Shown: one piece after another, positions 26,186-35,600 of the stretch | Numbering within the stretch: the stretch's first letter is position 1 | How the letters are laid out: every line of letters starts with the position of its first letter | Assembly: GCA_030141605.1 (NCBI GenBank) | Contig: JAQGDQ010000021.1 | Span: forward strand, 806,001-870,000 | DNA length: 64,000 nucleotides | Source of the DNA: Tubiluchus corallicola | Taxonomy: Eukaryota; Animalia; Priapulida | Direction: 5' to 3' | Notes under the pieces: model-generated | The model's input: only the letters and a program-made list of their open reading frames with translations | What the model was told of the DNA's origin: nothing | Databases searched by the model: none | Translations under genes and position numbers: made by a program

Positions 26186-29100
26186 ACAACAACACTATCA
26201 TCATCACCATCACCATCATCGTTAGTAATGTTGCCAATGTCGTGATCATCTTCATTACTATCAAAATCTCGGGAACACGACAACGAGCTCTGCTTGTAAA
26301 CGTAAAAAATGTTGCCTAAATTCAAACCACTAAAACTTGAACATTCTTCATTTAAAGCACGAGAAAACACCCATAAACGTCATAAATAAAGCTTAAAAAT
26401 TCGCGAATATTTTAAATTATTAAGAATTTCCCTTTCCAGTTACATATAAGTCTTTTAAACAGGTAAACGTAATTCCAAGTAACGTAACTTTGTGTGGAGA
26501 GTTCTTTGAGATATACTTTAAAATTTTCTTCCTATTTACAGAGTGTTTTGCTCCATTAATGTAAATATTCTGAATGTTCCTATAACAACCTAACCCACGG
26601 CACATCAATAATAAATGCCCACTAAGCAGTACTAAAACTGCCATATAGGTTTCTGAAAGATAACACAAAGGTAGATTTAGGAAAGCTCAAGGGCCTCGCA
26701 AAGAAGAAAAACCAAAGTTTCATTTATGGCTGCATTATATTTACTAACATAATCTTGCTGCAGATTTTCAGTTTACTGTTGTTGGAATTACTTACATGGC
26801 TTGAATAGGCTATATAAGATGAGCCCAGCAGATTTCTAATGGATTTCAAATGGTTTCCGCATATTTCTGTTTTCGATGGATGGCCTTAAGAACCTCTAAC
26901 AGACTGTTTTGGACAAGGAGGTTTAGACACAGGCTAATGACGTTTCGGACACACAAGTTATTGCTATACGACACACAAGACACATTTTGGATTGCCTAGT
27001 GGAAATGTAGTTGGACTCATTGTAGTCTGGGCACTTGCCTGAGAAGCTAGAAGTCAGAGCCGGCAGATATGTCGACATAGACATTTGGTCACAGGATCTT
27101 CACAACAAAATTTTCGGACACATAATTTGGACGTTTGGACACAAGGTGATTTGGTCACATAAGCATATTGAGACACAGGTAATTTAAACACAAATTTCTT
27201 TGGAACTCGGTCACTAGGAATATTCGTCACACAGGATATTTGGACAGCAGGTGTTTTGGACACACAGGTTACTTTGCACAAATATTGGACACTTCTAAGA
27301 GTAAGCAACCTGTAGCTTATTTCTCGCTGTCAAGCGTTTGGGAATTCCCATTGGAAGTAGCCTCAATGATTTTTATTTGTAAGCTAAAACAATATGGGCT
27401 AACTACGCTGAATAGGTATTTCTCTGGAGGTTTCATAACAAGTTTGCCAACATGGCTGACTATGCTTAGTAATTTGAACAAAAAAGTACTGACGCTTGTT
27501 CGCTAAAGTTATTTACTCTATAGGAATTTAAAAACAGCATAACCTGTAAAAACGTACAAGAGCAACGACAAGTGCTGCATGGCTTTTATCCTTTCACACA
27601 CACTGGTATTTAGCAGTGACAGCATTCGTTCCAGAGATATCAAAATGAGTAGTTTATTACGTTATGATCATCTAGTGATTGCGGGTTGATCAACTTCCAA
27701 AAGAGTATCTAAGTCAAGTTTGTATACGGCGACGGAACTACGGTGAGAATACCCAAAATACCTGCGGCGATTAGGGTTAGTTCAGCAAGATTCTTCATGA
27801 GATGCCAAACTGTACGAACTAAACAATTTCTATAATGCTGATTTCAATAATTTCTAAAGAAAAATCTTCCAGGGAAACTTCTGTTCCTTCATTGCTTCAC
27901 CTTAATTAATTACCTTGGTCTGTATAATTCATTATTATCACTTTTAGAGTGCTGTTTCTCAGTTTAATTAGGGTAAAAAAGTTACAGCAAGAAATCGCGC
28001 CGTCTCTGTCGCAATCGCTGTACCCCGTACCAGTCACAGCTATCGCATTGCCACAATAGCCGCAGCTACCGTTGCCACAGACGCATACTATGAAGATACC
28101 CTAACGTTTATATGTAACTTTTGACCTGACGTTCGCAGTCAGTATCGAGTAGTTAGATTCGAGGTAGCTAGAAAAAGCATCTTATTCAAAACAGATAATA
28201 TATATCATTCGTTTCATTCACGTTTTCTAGACATCAGAAGCCCGTTGAATTTTGCAAAAAAGCGTTTAAATTCAGCCGTTTCCATGTCTTTGATTTTATC
28301 CAGATAGGTTGTGTTCGAATATTCTAGTTCAAATATCCTACGTGTCCAAAAGTGTCTAAATAACTTAGGTGTCCAGATAATCTACGTGTACGAACTACCT
28401 TATGTATAAATAATCTACGTGTCCAAAATACCTAGTGTTCAAATGTCCTATGAGTCCAACTAACCTATGTGTCCAAATTACCTTGTGTGTGAATGACTTA
28501 TATGTTCTAAACTGCATGTGTCCAAATAACCAATGTCTCAAAAACGTTCTGCCTACAAACAACGAGCTCTAAGAGTTTAATGAAACCGCCCTTCTAAATT
28601 TTATGAAAACCTCGATTAGTGTGTGCATTACGAGTCAACTGGTCATAAAGTTTACAGCCCAAGCCACGGGGCAACAAAACCATTTTACTAGAATTAGCAA
28701 CATTAGTCCAGAAAAATGACATCACAGTACATTAAACATGCACAACGAAGCAGCCAGGCGTTTAATATCATTAATCCATTATATGGATTAATTTGCGTTG
28801 TGCAGCATAAACGTGATGACACTTTGAATGTTGGCAAGATAGTCGTTGGACCAGAATCAAAATGACAGGAATAATAATCACGTTTAATATATACGTTTTA
28901 ACATTATATGTGAAGATTATAGGTTTGGATATGGAAAAAGTCTGTCGCAGCGTTTCCTTCTTGTATCAACTCTTCTTACATTTTTCTATGTGTAATATGG
29001 CTTCAAAAATTAATTTAAAACACGAGTGTTTGTCTACCAATGTCTGAAGCCTTGAGCATTAATATTAACATTATGAAATGTAAAATCAATGCAGTAATCT

Positions 29101-32100
29101 AATCATCATCATCATCATTATTATTGTTATTACAGCGCTGAAGTAAATCAGGACGCAGAAAATGCAATAAAATAGTAATAGACGGGGTTTAAAAATAGAA
29201 TGATAGACAGATTCTGGGATTTCCATATCCTCTTAGTGGTCTTGCAAAAGTTTTTTCCGTTCTACACCACTGTGCTAGAAATTTGGTAATTTGTAGCGTA
29301 ACTATATCATTCGCAAAACACTAGCTTATAGGGTAATAATTTAATAATATATCTTCAATTATAATTATTTCAAATTAAGGTGTCTTAAAAAGACAATAAC
29401 CGGTATACAAAACACTCTTTCAAAAATTTACATTACAACAACATTAGCCAGGCCACTAATATATTAAAGCAAGTGCGTCGCAGTATTTTACTGCTTTGTT
29501 TGTCTGGAGATAATAATATGATAATTTATGACTTGCAATTTTACATGTTTGCAAAATCACAAGTTGTTATCATTTATATAAATCACTAAGTGGCTGTGGC
29601 TGGGAAGGAAAATCAAAGACATTAGTTTGCAAAGACAAAAATCTGACTTAGAAGGACGTAGAGACGTACGGCTTCAAATGAATACTCTCAGATACAAATA
29701 ATTAGACAAAACTGCATTTAAACAAGTACATACATTTGGTTATTATGTATACAGTAATTAAATTAGCAAGTCTTTTACTATGAAGGGACTTATAAACGCT
29801 AAACTTGATTAATATGTAAACATATTTGTATGCAGAAAAATCATCTGAAAAAGTAAAACTACCCATCACTGGTGAGAAATTTTCCCAATTGCTTATATTT
29901 CTATTTTTCTACGTTAAAATGTCGTAAACAATATACATCTTTCGGTGGTGCAATGCCACACATTAATGCACAATTACTGTAATGAGAATGAGTTTATTTT
30001 CCAGACTTATGGCCTGACTTCCTAAAATGGAATGAGATTATTCCGAAGAAACCTGTATAGCCTTATAAATTAAACAAACAGGAAATATTTCTTTGGCTCC
30101 TACAGAAAAACCCAAGCTTTTACGCTTCATCGCGACACCACCGTGATAAGGCGTCGCTGTTATCGTGAGCCCACTCGAAAAATTGGGGGAATTCTGATTT
30201 TCTTAACCATTTGAAAAACGACAGAAATTTTCCTTGCAACGATAGGTCTTTGCTGCAGCTTGGCACTGCAAGCGTGCAAAATTGCCACTCGTCAAATGTC
30301 ACCCTATGTTTGGACAAACTGTTTCATTGATGACACCCTATAGTATACATTACCAATCATCCATGCGAGAGAAACACACAAGATATACAAGTTCTCGTTT
30401 ACACTTGTAATGAATAATTCACGTTTCAGCGCAATTTGCGACCAAACTTCGTGAATAATTAAGACGTCGTTATAAGAACTCTCTGATTTAGGTAATGAAG
30501 GTAGCACGACAGCGCTAATAGAGAAACCAGATTGAATTTGCTTAGACACAGAGGGTAATATGGTTTCCGGGGTTAAACCATGCCGTCGTGTAACATTTTA
30601 CGCTGGTTCATACATGGCGAAATGGATTCCAGGATTTCTTTAATAATAATTTGATCAGCAATATTGAAGTGACTTAAAAGTTAAATGAAAGTTTCGTCAG
30701 ATCATACGCATGCTGATGGTCCAGCATTTAAATACTAACCTCAAAAGTCCATTCCAAATCTGTGTCAAGGCTTACCAAATTTATTCATCATAATTATTTA
30801 CCTATGGCCTAAGATCCAACTATTAAATAGCACTGCAAAATAGCAGACACGAAAAAAATTTAAAAGGGAGGATAAAGTCGTAAAAGCAAAAATGTATGTG
30901 CAATAGGTGTTGAACGTATACGCTGTACATATGATGATATGCAAGTCGTATGTTACAGCTCTTCCAGTTCTAGTTAGAATAATTTCTTGTAATTGTATTT
31001 TTTTATTCAGCAATTTTGGAGTGATTATTTATAAATGTGACAGCTTAAAGAAATAAGTTTACCGTCTATAATTATTAGCTAAACTGTTTACATTAATTAT
31101 TAGCAATAAATGACATTAATTATTTTGATGATTGAAACATAACCATCAAGGAACATTTAATTTCAATGAAATAATGATATTATGTTACCACAACCACTGT
31201 TTTCATAATTATCATCACAGCTGCTATAATTAATGAACTGCTCTTTCCATTAAAATTTAATATCTCACCTGCATGAAAGCATTTCACAAAATAATGGGAC
31301 AATTTTAATTTGGGCAAGCACCTGCAAAATGTCAATGTGCAGATCAATAGAAGGCTAGGCTGAATAGTCAGGCGTGCATTATTAAAATTTTAATGAATAC
31401 TTACTGACAAGTTTGTGAGGAAGTCGTTGCTTTGTAATGTGTTTCTTCTTCTGTCGGTAAACTAACATCCACAGAAGAACTCCTTTGAGACTTTGGAATG
31501 TCTAGCAGCAATGTCTGGCACGTATTATCCTCACCGGACACTGTTATTTTTATTAGACCAGTGTCTAGTGAAGTGGATCTGTTCTTAATTACAGGCACAG
31601 TAAGTAGATTTCCCGGTATATTCTCTGAGCAGCTTCTAGGAGAGCTCGGTTCCGAACTCAGATTGCTGCTGAAAGAATAAGGATCAATTGCCAGAAATCG
31701 ATTTGGTGTATCTTTTCCGTTTGTGGTAGCTGTTTCTAAAGCGGGCGATTCCTCGCTTGTGCTTAGCTTAAGTTTAGTGCATTGTTCTCGCATTGGACTG
31801 CGTTTTCTACTTCTATAACGGGTCTTTACAACAAAGTCCTCATCACAGCTTGTACTTGTGCTTTTCTGGTACAAATAAGATTTGGATATATGCTTGAAGT
31901 TTGCTTGCCCATTTGTTTGGTTGTTCAGACGAAGCAGAGTATTGTTATCAAAGCGAAACACAAGATTCTCGTCATTGTCGGGTTCATTGTCTTCTTCATT
32001 GTCACCATCAGCTTCATATTCATCACTTCCATAAACATTGTCATCATCGTCATCATCACAGCTGCTATTACTACCCTCATATACACTGTCATCTGAAGAC

Positions 32101-32606
32101 GACACACAGATGCTGATGTCAGCATCAAGAACTGGTGAATCTGGGGACGTGTGGATACTGTGGGAAGATTCCCATTTTGACAAGAGTTCGCAATGATGGC
32201 AGCACGGTTCTGTTGGGGAAGATTTCCGCCTGCGGAAAAACCAAGGCGACCGTGGTGAACCTGACTCACCGTCATATGCTGTCGTACTGTCAAATGACCG
32301 GGACCTCTGAGTTGGCTTTGGAACCTGTAGGTATATGTCTCGGTCAAGATCTCCAGCAGAAACATTTCTGGACATTTTGCATTCGTCAAATGATCGACTT
32401 CGGTGAGAAGTATGACATGGACCTCTAGGCACAGTCAATTGAGAATTGCATTCAGTGGGTGGTTCCTCCTGTTCCACAGACGTTCCTCGCTGGAGCTGAA
32501 TCTTGGGAACATTGTGTATTTGAGGTTTTTTAGATGCTGATGACTGTGGCAAGGAGCCCCTTGTCTTTGATCTTCTAAAGATGCGATCCACTTTTTTAAG
32601 AGACAT
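6654..32606 (-). CDS. DGKZ: Type IV diacylglycerol kinase (DGK zeta/iota, rdgA-like), whole gene span; 20 coding exons, ~1331 aa
   Basis: Spliced translation is collinear with recalled human DGKZ (KAIQKS...[17 protein letters not shown]; [14 protein letters not shown]; [12 protein letters not shown]; [11 protein letters not shown]; NNYFSLG; QVDGEP; ankyrin repeats; DQETAV*). All introns are GT-AG with matching phases; exon lengths sum to 3996 nt. Probably co-orthologous to both DGKZ and DGKI. Confidence 0.96.
7205..7368 (-). CDS. DGKZ: DGK exon 19 (ankyrin repeats)
   Basis: TTTTAG|[28 protein letters not shown]...[22 protein letters not shown]|GTATGA. Confidence 0.95.
7670..8240. mobile_element. 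Degenerate MITE starting CAGTGTTGGG, with ACTAC/ATTAC subterminal repeats
   Basis: Left terminus cagtgttggg; actac/attac motif clusters at 7700-7825 and 8155-8235; right TIR not recognisable. Confidence 0.45.
8268..8742. mobile_element. hAT (Charlie-type) MITE
   Basis: Ends cagacgtctctaaa / aaaaagttcggggatccttg; 8-bp TSD gtataaac (8260-8267) / gtataacc (8743-8750). Confidence 0.7.
8776..8971 (-). CDS. DGKZ: DGK exon 18 (ankyrin repeats)
   Basis: TTCCAG|[11 protein letters not shown]...[24 protein letters not shown]...VDTE-AA|GTAAGC. Confidence 0.95.
9480..9857 (-). CDS. DGKZ: DGK exon 17 (Pro/Ser-rich linker)
   Basis: TTGTAG|[34 protein letters not shown]...PLRPINK-A|GTAAGT. Confidence 0.92.
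10319..10783. mobile_element. Palindromic foldback MITE, self-complementary over most of its length
   Basis: atatttactatatctgctattacaaat / atttgtaatagcagacatagtaaatat; gccataacaccag / ctggtgttatggc; tttttgtctatggccag / ctggccatagacaaaaa. Confidence 0.85.
10932..11069 (-). CDS. DGKZ: DGK exon 16
   Basis: TTTTAG|[28 protein letters not shown]...[10 protein letters not shown]|GTAAGT. Confidence 0.94.
12201..12735. mobile_element. hAT MITE with CAGGGTTGCC-type ends
   Basis: TIR caaggttgctgtttaa / ttaaacggcaaccctg (14/16); perfect 8-bp TSD ttgtattt at 12193-12200 and 12736-12743. Confidence 0.88.
12905..13005 (-). CDS. DGKZ: DGK exon 15
   Basis: CATCTAG|[35 protein letters not shown]|GTAAGT. 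Confidence 0.94.
13377..13405 (-). CDS. DGKZ: DGK exon 14, 29-nt mini-exon ([10 protein letters not shown])
   Basis: TTTTTAG|AGAAGAGGTTCATATCCTATCATCAATGA|GTAAGT; needed to convert phase 0 to phase 2; aligns with human RRSAAPLHSD. Confidence 0.9.
14148..14174 (-). CDS. DGKZ: Candidate 27-nt cassette microexon (LSKGSPQTK)
   Basis: TGTGCACAG|CTATCTAAGGGCAGTCCGCAGACGAAG|GTAAGT; phase 0-0, stop-free, consensus donor. Confidence 0.6.
14719..14889 (-). CDS. DGKZ: DGK exon 13; an alternative in-frame donor would extend it to 14695
   Basis: TTTTAG|[57 protein letters not shown]|GTAGTA; second donor GTG|GTAAAT lies 24 nt further on. Confidence 0.9.
15182..15583. mobile_element. hAT MITE with TAGGGGTG-type ends and CGAAT subterminal motifs
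   Basis: TIR taggggtgagca / tgcacaccccaa; TSD gttaacaa / gttatcaa (7/8). Confidence 0.82.
15706..15817 (-). CDS. DGKZ: DGK exon 12
   Basis: TGCAG|[38 protein letters not shown]|GTACAA. Confidence 0.93.
16404..16540 (-). CDS. DGKZ: DGK exon 11
   Basis: ATCCAG|[47 protein letters not shown]|GTGAGT. Confidence 0.95.
17116..17326 (-). repeat. Minisatellite, ~9 x 23 bp, starting exactly at the exon 10 donor
   Basis: Minus-strand units such as GTAAGTACTTGCCAGTTTACAGT, GTGAGTAATTACCAATTTGTGAT, GTAAGTATTTGTCAGTTTATGGT. Confidence 0.88.
17327..17608 (-). CDS. DGKZ: DGK exon 10
   Basis: TTTTAG|[11 protein letters not shown]...VQLDRW...[45 protein letters not shown]|GTAAGT. Confidence 0.96.
17900..18074 (-). 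CDS. DGKZ: DGK exon 9 (ATP-binding GGDGT motif)
   Basis: TTTAG|[59 protein letters not shown]|GTATGT. Confidence 0.96.
19055..19170 (-). CDS. DGKZ: DGK exon 8 (start of catalytic domain)
   Basis: TAACAG|[40 protein letters not shown]|GTAAGA. Confidence 0.95.
19571..20119. mobile_element. Kolobok-like MITE
   Basis: TTAA|aggaaaaccagacgattgt ... acaatcattcggttttcct|TTAA: TTAA TSD with RR..YY termini. Confidence 0.8.
20625..20765 (-). CDS. DGKZ: DGK exon 7 (MARCKS-like basic/NLS segment)
   Basis: CCAG|[47 protein letters not shown]|GTAAGT. Confidence 0.94.
21807..21995 (-). CDS. DGKZ: DGK exon 6 (C1b)
   Basis: TGCAG|[10 protein letters not shown]...[12 protein letters not shown]...[12 protein letters not shown]|GTGAGG. 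Confidence 0.95.
22659..22733 (-). CDS. DGKZ: DGK exon 5 (C1b)
   Basis: TTTCAG|[25 protein letters not shown]|GTAGGT. Confidence 0.93.
23000..23056 (-). CDS. DGKZ: DGK exon 4 (not in the ORF track)
   Basis: TTTCAG|[19 protein letters not shown]|GTAAGA, 57 nt; resembles human INFRCKPSFRESGSR. Confidence 0.95.
23999..24073 (-). CDS. DGKZ: DGK exon 3 (C1a)
   Basis: TTTTCAG|[25 protein letters not shown]|GTATAT, 75 nt. Confidence 0.95.
24657..24914. mobile_element. MITE with ~50-bp imperfect TIRs and ATGAATATT subrepeats
   Basis: tatggaacggtaaagtgaaatttaatgtttattt... matches the reverse complement of ...aaataggcattaaattcaactttggctttgaata; internal ~21-bp periodicity. Confidence 0.65.
25756..25960 (-). 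CDS. DGKZ: DGK exon 2 (start of C1a domain)
   Basis: TTTCAG|G-KAIQKS...[33 protein letters not shown]|GTGTGT. Confidence 0.93.
26056..26220. repeat. Compound trinucleotide microsatellite (CAT/CAC/CGC/CAA)n
   Basis: Directly visible; it generates the poly-G/D/P/T ORFs in the track. Confidence 0.95.
26900..28555. mobile_element. Foldback-type element whose arms are inverted arrays of ~19-20-bp subrepeats
   Basis: Left arm (26900-27300) repeats TTGGACACA; right arm (28300-28555) repeats TGTGTCCAA; ends ggcagatatg / cgttctgcc. Related arm fragments at ~53700-53820 and ~54410-54480. Confidence 0.7.
31405..32606 (-). CDS. DGKZ: DGK exon 1: ~400-aa Ser/Asp-rich disordered N-terminus (rdgA-like long isoform)
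   Basis: Lies within the 407-codon ORF; first ATG gives [15 protein letters not shown]. Ends CA|GTAAGT (phase 2), matching the phase-2 acceptor TTTCAG|G AAA GCT at 25960. Confidence 0.85.
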
Positions 32607-35600
32607 TGCTAGCTTTGTGAACAAACCATACCAATCAACTTACAAAAGCATTGCTGCACATGTGGCAAAAACAGAAGACAAGACATCACAGTTTTCATAA
32701 GGAGATGTAAGAACACATGTATACAAATTACATACACCTTTAAAACTAAAGTGGTTTCCTGCAGGTCTCTGTTATAGGTCCAGGTCCACAAACTAGTTTC
32801 CTTTTCAAATATCTCAATACCATCTAACTAGCACGAAAACACGTTGCATAAAAAGAATACCCTACTTTGTGTCTGTCATAAACTCAAAGGAACTATTCAG
32901 TCATTATCAAAGTCAAAGTAAACGTATAACAAACTCGCTTCTGATCATAGTAATTGAAGACTACAAAGCATACAATCTTCAGTACATCATATTCACAGAA
33001 GAGTGCATTTATTTAGATGTATCATGCAAGTGCGTCACTGGCTCTGACACAGCATGGTTTTGCTTCTCCCGCTCTGTGCAGTCTTTGGAATCATCTTTCG
33101 TTTCTATACACGTACGTTCTGTCACTTTCATCGAGTGAAGCTAGAACACAACGGATTTGCACTTTGTCGTCACGGGGATCTGCTGCGGCGAACAACACAG
33201 CTCAGCAGCTCTGAAGTCGATACCTAACAGCAGCGGCAGCACCTGTAGCACTCCCAATTAATTACACCTGTACACTTGGTCATCGTCATCTCATTGTAGT
33301 GCCGTCGTCGGATCGATGCAATAATACTGAGTCCGACAGTGCAGTAAACGGCGCTAGGTATTGGAGTTAAGGAGAATAGCTCGTTCATAAGTTATTAATA
33401 TTGGTGCACACGTGTAATGGATCTCACTCATTCATGAGGGCTCACTAGAAACAAGTTCATTACGGCGCACGCACTCAGTGCAGCTCGATCATATCGACCA
33501 AGAGAGCAAAGCTCATAATTAAAAACTCCTCCATCGACCAGGTAAAGCAAATTTACAAAAAGCTAAATGTAGAAACGAAGTATTCTAAGTTTTTCGAGTA
33601 ACTGACATTAATGAAACAGTGAAGTCACTAAAAATGAAAAGAAAGATGCATCAATTTCAGCGCATTACCCAGCAATGATGGCAACATACAGAAGAAAACA
33701 TGAAATTAGTTTACACAGGACGACAAAGGCGCTAAGTAATAACAGTGACCAGTTTTCAGCTCTATCAGATCAACTATCACGATAATTGGTTAGAAATGAC
33801 AAACAAACTTTAACGAAAGCAAGATATCTTCAACAGGCAGTTTACAAAAACTCACCAATCTATTCTCAAATGAGATCATTGAGATGTAAAACTCACTTTA
33901 GTCAATGGCACTAGAACTATCTGAAGGTAATTAAACGTTTGCGAAACTATTCCCATTCAAACAAAGCCAAAGCGTTACACTACGAAAACCGTGTACAATA
34001 ATTACGCGAACAGAAATTCCTAAGTACCATAGACACATTTGGGAGTCAATCCAATTTACGACTCTTGACAGACTCGAGTATAATCAAAGAGTTGATTATC
34101 AATGTAGTTTTCCCGTAACATGTTCGTTCTAAGGTTGCACGAATGATAAAAAAATACACAGAGATATTTCAGATTTTCATTCAATTTCAGAGACTTAACA
34201 CCAGAAAGCCGCAAGCAACCCGCAAAAAAGCTACACAGAGCTGCGAAAAAGGGATTTGGCGCAGTTAACCAAAGACTTTTCAAGCCTTATGTGTGGATTT
34301 AAATGTTCTTCCTAAAGATGAGTTAGATGTAACCCATGCCTGACTAATAACTCTCCTATGCCAATCTGTCCTGCCCTAGGTAGTGGGGAGCATTCTCTAT
34401 CAGAAAGCAAATCCAGGTAAAATAGAATTTGGAAAGTAGGTTTGTTTTTCGGTTGCCTGAATTTCAGGGAACACATTCCACAATACAATATACTATATAC
34501 AGATCTGTCATTCAGTGTTTTCACTGCTTTAAGTCTACAGCCGATCGACTTGAAAAGAAAGAAGAGCACTGCTATGATACATGTGACCTACATCTGAAAG
34601 ATTGCAGGTCTCCCAACACAAGATGAGATCGAACAGCATAATATGGATTTTCTGATCATTTCCATCAGGTCATGCGCAACTTAAAAGTCATCTCATCCCA
34701 CTTTAGGAAAAATACTACGCTGCAGAAAAATACAGCAATTTATTTAGTTACACAGCTCACTTTACCGACAATTGTATTATATTCTTTATGGCGCAGAGTA
34801 ATTCAGCAAGGGCAACTGTGCCTAAATTCTATTCTCACAAAAGCAATTATAGAAAACGAAAGAATAGAGACACAATTGCTATTTTAATAGAAGTCAATTC
34901 GATTACAGAATCGAAAACAATTCGATTGACTGTCGCCACCATTGTTTTTTTAATACATCAAGCTACGACATATCCAGAATATTACCAGTTGTTATTACCA
35001 GCAAATAGCTCAAGAAATACACGCCAACCCTAAACTTGCTATTATATGCAACGACATTTTCATATTAAAACTTAGATCATTCTTTTCAAAGTGTTGCAGA
35101 ACTACACAAAGTCCACTAAACGTTTTGCTAAGTGACTGTATGCGTAACCGTATTATAAGTTGTTTTGTAGGCTCCCTTTTCAGTCAAGTACACCTTGATA
35201 AACAACGTCCGTTTTGGGAACGTTTCTATAAATGTATTAATTCAACAGGTATTTGGATTTTTAAATTAGGTATCAGTCACAGAACAGCGCTTATGGGCTG
35301 AAGTACATATTGTATCTATTCTACAGGTTTTGTATATTTCAATTAATTTAATGAACAACTCGTATTAGTGAATAAAGTATATGATCTGATGTACTATCGA
35401 AATAATATTTGTGTACGTGCTCAATTGTATATATCAGAGTTTCATTTTCCCTGCATTGTACATAGTAAAAGTACTGTGATATATATGTGCATATATCATA
35501 CATATAAGTCATTGACAATAGTTTACCCATTGCTGGAAGATACTGGCGCTTCACAGCCAAATCAAAGTGATTAAATTCGGGGGTGAAGATCCGAATTAAG

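Noticed and set aside
25893-26370. Several overlapping 68-123 aa ORFs (poly-G/D, poly-P/S, poly-T/I, poly-M/V)
   Set aside because: Artefacts of the trinucleotide microsatellite; a canonical acceptor at 25961-25962 places them in the intron.
17116-28555. Short periodic repeats that might look like CRISPR arrays
   Set aside because: Degenerate tandem units without unique spacers, in a eukaryotic intron context, with no cas genes.
31498-32428. Antisense and alternative-frame ORFs over exon 1
   Set aside because: Shadow ORFs of the real coding frame, with no recognisable motifs.
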